From NCBI GenBank assembly GCA_037137755.1, contig JBAXJR010000050.1:1-15425 (forward strand): DNA of 15,425 nt, read 5' to 3'. The translations under genes were made by a program, and so were the position numbers. The DNA comes from Methanomicrobiales archaeon (GTDB lineage Archaea > Halobacteriota > Methanomicrobia > Methanomicrobiales > Methanospirillaceae). Below the pieces are notes generated by a model that had not been told where the DNA came from, ran no database searches, and was given only the letters and a program-made list of their open reading frames with translations. This document shows, piece after piece, positions 8,471 through 15,425 of the stretch (positions are counted from its first letter, which is position 1; every line of letters begins with the position of its first letter).

Positions 8471-8556
8471 GTCCTCCCCCCGAGATTCCGAAGCCGGGCT
8501 CCGAAAAATCGATTCCTCTTCCTCCACCTCCAACCAATCCACAATACACGATTCCG

Positions 8557-8605
8557 GCAAGACTGCATGGCAATACGAACACATGTATGCAGTCCGGGAA
8601 TGCTG
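8557..8605. repeat. Direct repeat B, copy 1 (downstream of the MFS gene), with an internal inverted repeat
   Basis: 41/49 identical without gaps to 12229-12277. It contains GACTGCAT (8561-8568) and its complement ATGCAGTC (8587-8594). Confidence 0.85.
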
Positions 8606-8634
8606 AAAAGAATCCCCGAATAAAAAAATAAAGG

Positions 8635-9897
8635 TTACTTAGGGGGTTTCATCATGAAATACGCGATGATGAGGCCCGCCAGGGCAAGGACGAACACGTA
8701 CGAGAACACGCCCATGTATGTCCCGGTCGTTGTCTTGATCAAGCCGGCCAGCTGGGGTCCTGCAATCGCCCCCGCTCCATAGGCCAGGAATACCAGGCCA
8801 TAACAACGTGGGTAGTCGCAGGTCCCGAAGTACGACCCGGTCGTCGTCGGTGCAATGGCCAGCCAGCCACCCAGGCATCCCCACAGGATGACAAAGGCTA
8901 CCACGTAGGTGATAACCCCGGGCACCTGCCAGAGGAGAAACGCCGCGAATGCGATCAGGACGAACGAGAGCATCGCTGTATTTCTCGGTGTAAACCGGTC
9001 GGTCATCGTGCCAAATACCGGCCTCCCGCCCCCGTTGAAGATCGCGAATACGCCCACCAGCATGGTGGCAAACCCTGTTGCGATCCCTACCTCGGTACCC
9101 ACGGGTTTTGCAACCGATATGGCCAGCAACCCGGCCAGGCAGCCGATGAAGAAGCATATCCAGAGGCCGTAGAAGGATAGCGTCCTTACCATTTGCGAGC
9201 GGTTGCGCTCACAGACGACTATTGCGGTTGCCGGGGGATTCCACCCGGCAGGTTTCCAGCCCGTCGGTGGGAACCGGAGTGGCAGTGCCAGAAGCACCAG
9301 GAGGATGATGAACGCGATACCAAAGATGCGGAACGTGTTCATAACGCCGTAAGCGCCTATCAGGTACCCGGAAAGGTTCGCCGTGATGAATGCCGAAAAC
9401 CCGAACCCGAGCACGGTAAGGCCGACTGCCATACCTCTCCGGTCAGGGAACCAGCGGGCTGCCACCGCAATGGGGACCCCATATGCAATACCTACACCAA
9501 TTCCCCCGATTACCCCGTACACCACGTAGAGCATCTGTACAGACGTAACCGTTGAAGCCAGAAGCCACCCGAGCCCGGTCAGGATTCCGCCGATGATCGT
9601 GATATTCCTCGGGCCCAGTGTCTCGATATACTTCCCGGTCAGCGGCATGGCAATTGCGAAGAACGCCAGGAATACCGAGAACGGGAGCAGGACATCGTTA
9701 GCGGTAACTGCCTGTCCCAGCGTCCCCTTGAAGTATTCGGTCAGCGGGTTGACAAACACACTCCAGGAATAGATCGTCCCCAGGCAGAGGTTGATGGCCA
9801 GACCTAATGCCACGAGTATCCAGCGTCCTTTCTCAACAGGCATTCCAAAGAGCGTGAACGGCTCGTTCACACGACCTGCATTTTCTGTTTCAGTCAT
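8635..9897 (-). CDS. MFS transporter, oxalate/formate antiporter (OFA) family
   Basis: About 12 hydrophobic segments and family-typical motifs: GTIYSWSVF, YGVIGGIGVGIAYG, WFPDRRGMAVGLTVLGFG, FNGGGRPVFGTMTDRF, YGLVFLAYGAGAIAGP. Confidence 0.92.
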   Translation of the reverse strand: MTETENAGRVNEPFTLFGMPVEKGRWILVALGLAINLCLGTIYSWSVFVNPLTEYFKGTLGQAVTANDVLLPFSVFLAFFAIAMPLTGKYIETLGPRNITIIGGILTGLGWLLASTVTSVQMLYVVYGVIGGIGVGIAYGVPIAVAARWFPDRRGMAVGLTVLGFGFSAFITANLSGYLIGAYGVMNTFRIFGIAFIILLVLLALPLRFPPTGWKPAGWNPPATAIVVCERNRSQMVRTLSFYGLWICFFIGCLAGLLAISVAKPVGTEVGIATGFATMLVGVFAIFNGGGRPVFGTMTDRFTPRNTAMLSFVLIAFAAFLLWQVPGVITYVVAFVILWGCLGGWLAIAPTTTGSYFGTCDYPRCYGLVFLAYGAGAIAGPQLAGLIKTTTGTYMGVFSYVFVLALAGLIIAYFMMKPPK

Positions 9898-9941
9898 TTC
9901 CAGTCGCCTGTCATTATGTTTTGAAAAATTTTGGGAATGAT

Positions 9942-11840
9942 TTATTCCTCCAGCGTTGAAATATCGCCTGGATCAATCCCCAGCTCTTTTGCCTTCAGTA
10001 CCCTGCGCATAATTTTTCCGCTCCGGGTTTTCGGCAGTTTATCCACAAACTCGATCTCCTGCGGAACTGCAATGGGCCCCAGCGTCATCCTGACATGGTA
10101 CATCAGGTCCTGCACCAGTTTCTCCGAAGGCTGGTTCCCGACCCGGAGGATCACGAACGCCTTGATACTGTTTCCTTTCACGGTATCCGGCTTTCCGATA
10201 ACTGCAGATTCAGCCACCGCATGGTGGGAAACCAGTGCACTCTCCACCTCGGCCGTCCCGATGTTATGCCCGGAGACGATGATAATATCGTCCGCCCGAC
10301 CGATGACCATGATATAGCCGTCTTTATCCTTAACCGCGAGGTCTCCCGCCGTGTAACACCCGTCTATCGTGTACCAGTACTTCCGGTACCGTTCATCGTT
10401 GTTGTACACGGTCCGGAACATCGAAGGCCACGGGGATTTTATCACGAGGAAACCCCCGGTGCCAGGCTTTACCGGCTTCCCGTTTTTATCGACGACATCC
10501 GCTTCAACACCAGGTATGGGTTTTCCCGCAAATCCCGGGCGCATCGGCTCGCCGATCATGGTGGTTATCATCTGCATTCCTGTTTCAGTCTGCCACCACG
10601 TGTCCACGATTGGGCACCGGGTCTTTCCGATGACATGGTAATACCATTCGAATGCTTCTGGGTTGAGTGGTTCTCCCACGGACCCTATCAGTCGCAGGGA
10701 ACTGAGGTCATACTTGTTGGGCCATGATTCGCCGACCTTCATAAATGTCCTGATCGCCGTCGGGGCGGTGTAGAAGACATTGATCTGCTGTTCCTCAATG
10801 AGCTTCCACCAGCTGCCGGCATCGGGATAATCGGGAGTCATTTCGGTGATAAACACGGTGGTGCCTACCGCCAGGGGGCCATACACGATGTAACTGTGAC
10901 CGGTAATCCACCCGGGGTCTGCCGTGCACCAGAAGACATCGTTTTCTTTTAAGTCAAAGACATATTTACTCGTGTAATATGTCCCCACCATGTAGCCGGC
11001 ACAGGTATGGACGACCCCTTTCGGTGTCCCGGTTGAACCGCTGGTATAGAGCATGAAGAGCGGGTCTTCTGCATCCATCACCTGCGGTGGACATACCCTC
11101 GGCACGTCTTCCATGAACTCGTAGAAATCAAGTTCGAACCCGGGCCTCAGTTCCACTGGTTGTTCCTTCCGGCGTCGTAATACGATGATGTGTTCCACCG
11201 TGGACGCGTTTAATATCGCTTCCTGCACGACCGGGATCAGGGGGATGGCCTTTCCACGGCGTAATGCGATATCGGCGGTAACTACGACCTTTGCCTCGGC
11301 GTCAACAATCCTCATGTTCAGTGCGGTAACCCCGAACCCGCCAAACACGACACTGTGAACGGCACCAATCCTGGCACAGGCAAGCATGGCGATGATCTGT
11401 TCAGGTACCATCGGCATGTAGATGCAGACCCGGTCTCCTTTTTTTACACCGATTTTTTGGAGCCCGTTGGCAAAACGCATGACCTCGGAAAGTAATTTCT
11501 GGTAGGTGTAGACCCGCTCTTCACCCTCTTCGCCTCTCCATATGAGGGCTGCTTTATTACGCCGGTCGGTACTTACGTGCCGGTCGAGGCAGTTCGCGGT
11601 GATGTTGAGCTTGGCATCGACAAACCATTTTGCATACGGGTAATTCCATTCCCGGACTGTGTTCCACGGGCGAATCCAGTCAAGATTTTTGGCAATTCCA
11701 CTCCAGAAGGTATCCGGGTCCGCGATAAATTCGTCATACTTCTTCTGGTAGTCACCTATCCAGGAATTGAGTTTTAACTCTGGTTCCGGGGTGTAATACT
11801 TGGCATTTTCTACAAGTCTGACATCAAATGACTCTTTCAT
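9942..11840 (-). CDS. acs: AMP-forming acetyl-CoA synthetase (acetate--CoA ligase)
   Basis: Motifs [67 protein letters not shown] and the terminal [12 protein letters not shown]. Confidence 0.97.
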   Translation of the reverse strand: MKESFDVRLVENAKYYTPEPELKLNSWIGDYQKKYDEFIADPDTFWSGIAKNLDWIRPWNTVREWNYPYAKWFVDAKLNITANCLDRHVSTDRRNKAALIWRGEEGEERVYTYQKLLSEVMRFANGLQKIGVKKGDRVCIYMPMVPEQIIAMLACARIGAVHSVVFGGFGVTALNMRIVDAEAKVVVTADIALRRGKAIPLIPVVQEAILNASTVEHIIVLRRRKEQPVELRPGFELDFYEFMEDVPRVCPPQVMDAEDPLFMLYTSGSTGTPKGVVHTCAGYMVGTYYTSKYVFDLKENDVFWCTADPGWITGHSYIVYGPLAVGTTVFITEMTPDYPDAGSWWKLIEEQQINVFYTAPTAIRTFMKVGESWPNKYDLSSLRLIGSVGEPLNPEAFEWYYHVIGKTRCPIVDTWWQTETGMQMITTMIGEPMRPGFAGKPIPGVEADVVDKNGKPVKPGTGGFLVIKSPWPSMFRTVYNNDERYRKYWYTIDGCYTAGDLAVKDKDGYIMVIGRADDIIIVSGHNIGTAEVESALVSHHAVAESAVIGKPDTVKGNSIKAFVILRVGNQPSEKLVQDLMYHVRMTLGPIAVPQEIEFVDKLPKTRSGKIMRRVLKAKELGIDPGDISTLEE

Positions 11841-12141
11841 TGTTCGACCTTTTTTTGGGTATCATAATTGCATTTCGTCACCGTTATGCCCGGCATTCTT
11901 CAGGACATTGCTGCCGGCATCATCAGGTTCGGAAATTGCGTGGATGGTATTCTTATCTGTACGCTATACCTTCCGGTCTGTCATCCGGAATCACACCAGT
12001 CCACCAAAGGACCGGCTGCTTGGAAAGGGGAAGCAACGCTGCTTCCCTCGAAAATGTACACAGGCACCAGGCCGGAACGGGCCAAAATGTCCTGTGTCAG
12101 CACGAATTGATCGTCATCTTTGTGTCCACCACTCTCCATCA

Positions 12142-12180
12142 GTAAGTAGTCTTACATGATTAATCATTATAAATTAATAA
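12142..12180 (-). promoter_or_regulatory. Candidate TATA-box promoter for acs-MFS with adjacent palindromes
   Basis: Minus-strand TTTATAAT (12166-12173) lies in the most AT-rich patch of the intergenic region. It abuts a perfect 12-bp palindrome ATGATTAATCAT (12156-12167) and GTAAG-tagt-CTTAC (12142-12155). Confidence 0.5.
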
Positions 12181-12228
12181 AGGTGTTGGATGTTCCATGG
12201 TGGAATCTCACGTTGTTAAAAAGTTACC

Positions 12229-12277
12229 GCAATACCGCATGGAAATATGAACACTTATAGGCAGTCCGGGAATGTTG
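12229..12277. repeat. Direct repeat B, copy 2 (upstream of the acs promoter)
   Basis: 41/49 identical to 8557-8605, including an identical 14-bp block GCAGTCCGGGAATG. Confidence 0.85.
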
Positions 12278-12497
12278 GGAACGATAGAGACTTGGTCTCT
12301 GACAACATGGGCAAAGAGGGATTGGGCCTTCGAAATTCATACATTGTTGTGGGGATAAGGTGGTATGAACCCAGGGCGTGTGCGGTGGGAAAGTGATGTT
12401 CTCTACGACACATTTCCTCTTCTTTGTAACGATAGGCCCTTCCCAATCTAAAAATAATCAGGTCTTCACACCCGTTGAAAGAAACGGAACAAGAAAG

Positions 12498-13679
12498 TTA
12501 CCGCCACATCCCCTTGGGCACCACCATCTCGAACCGTGCACCTTTGCCCGGCTCGCCGGTCTCTTTGATCGATATTCCTGTAATTGCAAGGATCTCACGG
12601 GAAAGGAACAACCCAAGACCTGTGTTCTTCCCGAATCCCCGATCGAAGATTTTCTCTTTTTCATCAGCCGGGATACCCACACCGTCGTCCTCACATACCA
12701 TCTGAAGGTCTCCCCCGGATTGTTCAATATAGAATCGGATAGTCGTGATTTTGCCACCGTAACTTACAGCATTATCCATCAGGTTATAAAACACTTTTAC
12801 TATCATCTGGTCGGCGAACATTTCTGTGCTGGCAGGGATCTCGTTAACCAGTTGAATATCCCCTAAAGCTACATCTTTTACAGCAATGTCCACAAGATTG
12901 GATATATTTTGCCAAGAGGGAACGTTGACGCCTATACTTTCGTAGGTTTTTGTAAACTGGATCATCGCGGAAATCCGCTGTGCTGAAGAATCGATCTTCT
13001 GGAAATAGTCGTTGAATACGGGATCGGGTTGTTTCTTTTTAAGTATGGAAATGAACCCCCTGAGGACCGTGAGTTGGTTACTGATATCGTGGCGTGTAAT
13101 ACCCGACAGGAGATTGAGTTTTTTATTAGCAAGCAAAAGCGCTTCTTCTGCCTGCTTTCGCATCTGGACTTCTTTATGCAATTCATCTGTCTCCATCTCT
13201 AACTCGACCTGAGCATCCGCAAGTTCCCGGCTCATATTGACCAGTTCATTGTTGAGACGGGTAAGGTCCTCGTAAACCTGGTAGTCCGGTAATCTCCTTC
13301 CATCTGCGGATGTATCGGCTTCGCACAGTAAGGAGAAATCGATTGGGTTGTCATCAGGATACAGGATATCGGAAATTAGCGGTCCAAGGTTGGAACACGA
13401 GGTGGTGCCGAATATTAAAAAACAGTCCCTCAGTCGCATGCCGGTACAAAAGAGGGGTTTTGATGTGCCATTCTTCACAAATTCAATTGGTCTGCTGATC
13501 GACACTCCATCAGTTGAAAGTGTTAAGAAAAACCGGGTGGCGGCCTCCTTTGAAGAGACTGCAACGTATCGTGAGAGGTGTTCATTGCCCGCATCCCCGC
13601 CAAAGATACTGAAATCGTCACGATGGACCTGGAGGACAATGCCATTGTGATCACAGACAAACACGATTCCCGGATTCAT
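12498..13679 (-). CDS. Soluble histidine kinase with a degenerate PAS-like N-terminus and coiled-coil linker; probable partner of the B12/globin protein
   Basis: N-terminus GIVFVCDHNGIVLQV, coiled coil YEDLTRLNNELVNMSRELADAQVELE, H box TRHDISNQL, N box NLMDNAVSYG, G1 EDDGVGI and G2 GKNTGLGL. The start is placed at MNPG (ATG 13679, preceded by AGGT) rather than the TTG at 13760. Confidence 0.92.
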   Translation of the reverse strand: MNPGIVFVCDHNGIVLQVHRDDFSIFGGDAGNEHLSRYVAVSSKEAATRFFLTLSTDGVSISRPIEFVKNGTSKPLFCTGMRLRDCFLIFGTTSCSNLGPLISDILYPDDNPIDFSLLCEADTSADGRRLPDYQVYEDLTRLNNELVNMSRELADAQVELEMETDELHKEVQMRKQAEEALLLANKKLNLLSGITRHDISNQLTVLRGFISILKKKQPDPVFNDYFQKIDSSAQRISAMIQFTKTYESIGVNVPSWQNISNLVDIAVKDVALGDIQLVNEIPASTEMFADQMIVKVFYNLMDNAVSYGGKITTIRFYIEQSGGDLQMVCEDDGVGIPADEKEKIFDRGFGKNTGLGLFLSREILAITGISIKETGEPGKGARFEMVVPKGMWR

Positions 13680-13801
13680 GGATACTACCTGTAAGAATCT
13701 TTTTATCTTAATACTATGAGCAAGGTAGTAATACCTGTGGACGAGTATAAAAAATTGCAAGGAATTTTTCTGCCATATCTTTGTTCTCCCGGATAACAGT
13801 T

Positions 13802-14875
13802 TCAGGAAATAAGCCAGTCTGCAAGTGAAACTGCCGCTTCTGCACTGGGGGCATATGCATCTGCCTCGACTTTTTTCCAGAGATCGGGCATAATGTTGAA
13901 CGGGTATCCTCCAATAATGATCGCGACCTCCTTTGTGTCCGGAGAGCTCCGGAGTGCCTTGATGAGGGAATAAACCTGGGGGATGTGAAAAGACATGGTT
14001 GAAGAAATGGCAACAATAGAGACTTTTCGCTCCCTGACTGCCTGAATAACACTGTTGGAAGGGCTGTTAGAACCAATATAGTACGTGTCCCAGCCGTCCA
14101 TCTCTAAGAAATCAGCAACAATCCGCATCCCGACTTCATGGAGTTCACCCGAAACACAGGCTGCGATCACGGTCCTCCCCCGTTTCACAATTTTCTTATT
14201 TCCGGCAATGAACAGGTGGTAAAACTGCGCAAGGATCTGCTGTGTTGAGGCTGTTATATAGTGCTCCTGCGCTACACTGATCTCCTGCATCTGCCACAAC
14301 CGGCCGGTTTCACGAAGAACCGGCTGGAAGATTAACAGGTATACATCCCTTACCGGTGTGCCACTATTAACCAAATCCATAACCAAATCGTGGGCTTTTG
14401 CGCGGTCTCCATGTAATAGTAAAGTAAGATATTCGTTTGCCACCTGCCTGAGAGGATTATCGTCGGTGATAAAGGAAGGGACCGTAGTCGGGGCTTTGGT
14501 AAGCATTAACAGGCATTGCTCAATATATTCATGGGATTTTCTACTCTGTTCTTCAGGCAGTTCCCTGTCGAGGACTTCCATAAGTACCTCAAGACCTGAC
14601 GAGAGGCAGTTTTTTGGCAGCCCGAGAGATGATAGTAATACGTTAGCCCACTTGGCATAATCGATGAGAATAGCAGCATCACTGACTGCCAGTGACTCCC
14701 CGATGTACTGAATATGGTAGGAGAAATCTTCAAGTGTACGTGCTTTCTGGTACGCGTTGTATCCGTTGATTATATCCGGATATCGCTGTTCATAGCTCTC
14801 GTATGCTTTCTGCGCAATCGCTCTGTAATTAAGATCAACCGGCTGATAAAGCAGTTCCTGTTCCTTAAAATTCAT
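13802..14875 (-). CDS. Globin-like (photoglobin/phycobiliprotein-fold) domain fused to a CarH-type cobalamin-binding module (B12-binding_2 + B12-binding)
   Basis: W194-x9-E204-H205 (GRLWQMQEISVAQEH), E244-x-H246-xx-G (GELHEVG) and the Rossmann motifs VAISSTM and IIIGG. The N-terminal ~125 aa are helical and carry TLEDFSYHIQYIGESL...LSSLGLP. The B12 module is a high-confidence call; the globin call is moderate. Confidence 0.85.
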   Translation of the reverse strand: MNFKEQELLYQPVDLNYRAIAQKAYESYEQRYPDIINGYNAYQKARTLEDFSYHIQYIGESLAVSDAAILIDYAKWANVLLSSLGLPKNCLSSGLEVLMEVLDRELPEEQSRKSHEYIEQCLLMLTKAPTTVPSFITDDNPLRQVANEYLTLLLHGDRAKAHDLVMDLVNSGTPVRDVYLLIFQPVLRETGRLWQMQEISVAQEHYITASTQQILAQFYHLFIAGNKKIVKRGRTVIAACVSGELHEVGMRIVADFLEMDGWDTYYIGSNSPSNSVIQAVRERKVSIVAISSTMSFHIPQVYSLIKALRSSPDTKEVAIIIGGYPFNIMPDLWKKVEADAYAPSAEAAVSLADWLIS

Positions 14876-15425
14876 AAATTATCCTCTTTGCTTTTCCCGG
14901 TTTTACGCCACATGCCGGCTGGCACCGTCATTTCGAACCGTGCTCCTTTGCCAGGTTCCCCTGTCTCTTTGATCGTGATGCCAGTAATGTCAAGGATCTC
15001 CCTCGAAAGGGCCAAACCCATACCGGTGGTCTTACCGAATCCCCGTTCAAAGATCTTCTCCTTCTCATCCGCAGGGATACCCTCACCGTCATCCTCGCAC
15101 ACGATGAGATGAACCTCACCAGATTCCAGAATTGAGAACCCTATGGTCGTTATCTTCCCACCGTACCGGGCTGCATTATCCATCAGGTTGTAAAAAACCT
15201 TGATTACCAGCGGATCGGCGAACACTTCGAAACCGGCAGGGAGATTATTCTTTACCATGATCTTTCCAAGTGGGGCATCCTTTGCCGCAAGGTCTACAAG
15301 TGTACGGGCCTCCTGCCAGGCAGGGACATGGACACCGATTTCCTCGTATTCCCTGGTGAACTGGATCATCGTGGAGATCCGGTCACTCGACCTCGTGATC
15401 CGGGTGAAATAGTCCTCAAGTGTTG
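14872..15425 (-). CDS. C-terminal part of a histidine kinase (end of HisKA + HATPase); the gene starts beyond the window
   Basis: The frame is open to the window edge (TLEDYFTRITRSSDRISTMIQFTRE...). It contains NLMDNAARYG, EDDGEGI, GKTTGMGL and ETGEPGKGARFE. The stop overlaps the next start (ATGA, 14872-14875). Confidence 0.93.
   Translation of the reverse strand, partial: TLEDYFTRITRSSDRISTMIQFTREYEEIGVHVPAWQEARTLVDLAAKDAPLGKIMVKNNLPAGFEVFADPLVIKVFYNLMDNAARYGGKITTIGFSILESGEVHLIVCEDDGEGIPADEKEKIFERGFGKTTGMGLALSREILDITGITIKETGEPGKGARFEMTVPAGMWRKTGKSKEDNL

Noticed and set aside
8159-8584. 141-aa minus-strand ORF in the track
   Set aside because: It starts inside repeat B, runs through repeat A and a T run, and overlaps the better-supported 8020-8268 ORF. 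It is probably not a real gene as drawn.
8551-12277. CRISPR array or integron attC interpretation of repeats A/B
   Set aside because: There are only two copies of each, kilobases apart, with no regular spacers. They lack RYYYAAC/GTTRRRY ends, and no cas or integrase gene is in the window.
12280-12497. Weak inverted repeats (AGAGAC-ttg-GTCTCT; GATTGGG...CCCAATC) and a 63-aa ORF between the kinase and acs
   Set aside because: The arms are short, no target-site duplication is recognisable and the ORF has no motif. The evidence is insufficient for a MITE or a gene.
13714-13776. 20-aa ORF MAEKFLAIFYTRPQVLLPCS with a GGAG upstream
   Set aside because: Too short to support. The AT-rich segment is equally explained as an internal promoter or spacer.
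13680-13804. TGA read-through or fusion of the B12 protein to the downstream kinase
   Set aside because: The 122-nt gap is out of frame, and the read-through frame hits TAA before the kinase start.
13802-14875. Calling the B12 protein a methanogenesis corrinoid protein (MtaC/MtbC-type) or CarH itself
   Set aside because: It has ExH rather than DxH plus the W-x9-EH motif, no methyltransferase neighbours and no MerR HTH domain, so no gene symbol was assigned.
4312-15112. Similar plus-strand ORFs (e.g. 4312-4692, 12475-12705, 14714-15112: ...ISRERNNP.PVFFPNPRSKIFS...)
   Set aside because: These are antisense shadows of the conserved HATPase coding sequence. The other short overlapping ORFs in the track were rejected for the same reason.

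Overview
This is a signal-transduction-rich region that looks archaeal. A Methanomicrobiales-like methanogen is inferred from the style of the kinases, the acs gene and the GAGGTG/GAGGA ribosome-binding sites. Almost every gene is on the minus strand. In transcription order (right to left) the window holds: the 3' end of a histidine kinase, coupled by an ATGA overlap to a globin-like + CarH-type B12-binding protein (photoglobin/photocobilin-like); a second histidine kinase; an acs + OFA-family MFS transporter pair bracketed by a 49-bp direct repeat; a small basic virus-like ORF in a repeat-rich spacer; a REC-GAF-5xPAS hybrid kinase; a plus-strand lipoprotein gene next to an orphan kinase 3' tail; a CHASE4-HAMP kinase whose phospho-acceptor His is replaced by Lys; a stand-alone NMT1/SsuA-type binding protein; and the start of another membrane sensor. 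The best candidate for an undescribed system is the B12/globin sensor wired to histidine kinases in an apparently anaerobic archaeon. Next are the pseudokinase + binding protein + sensor cluster and two families of ~50-bp repeats that delimit gene modules. No rRNA, tRNA, CRISPR array, transposase or integrase was seen. All family assignments come from motif recognition by eye, not from database searches.
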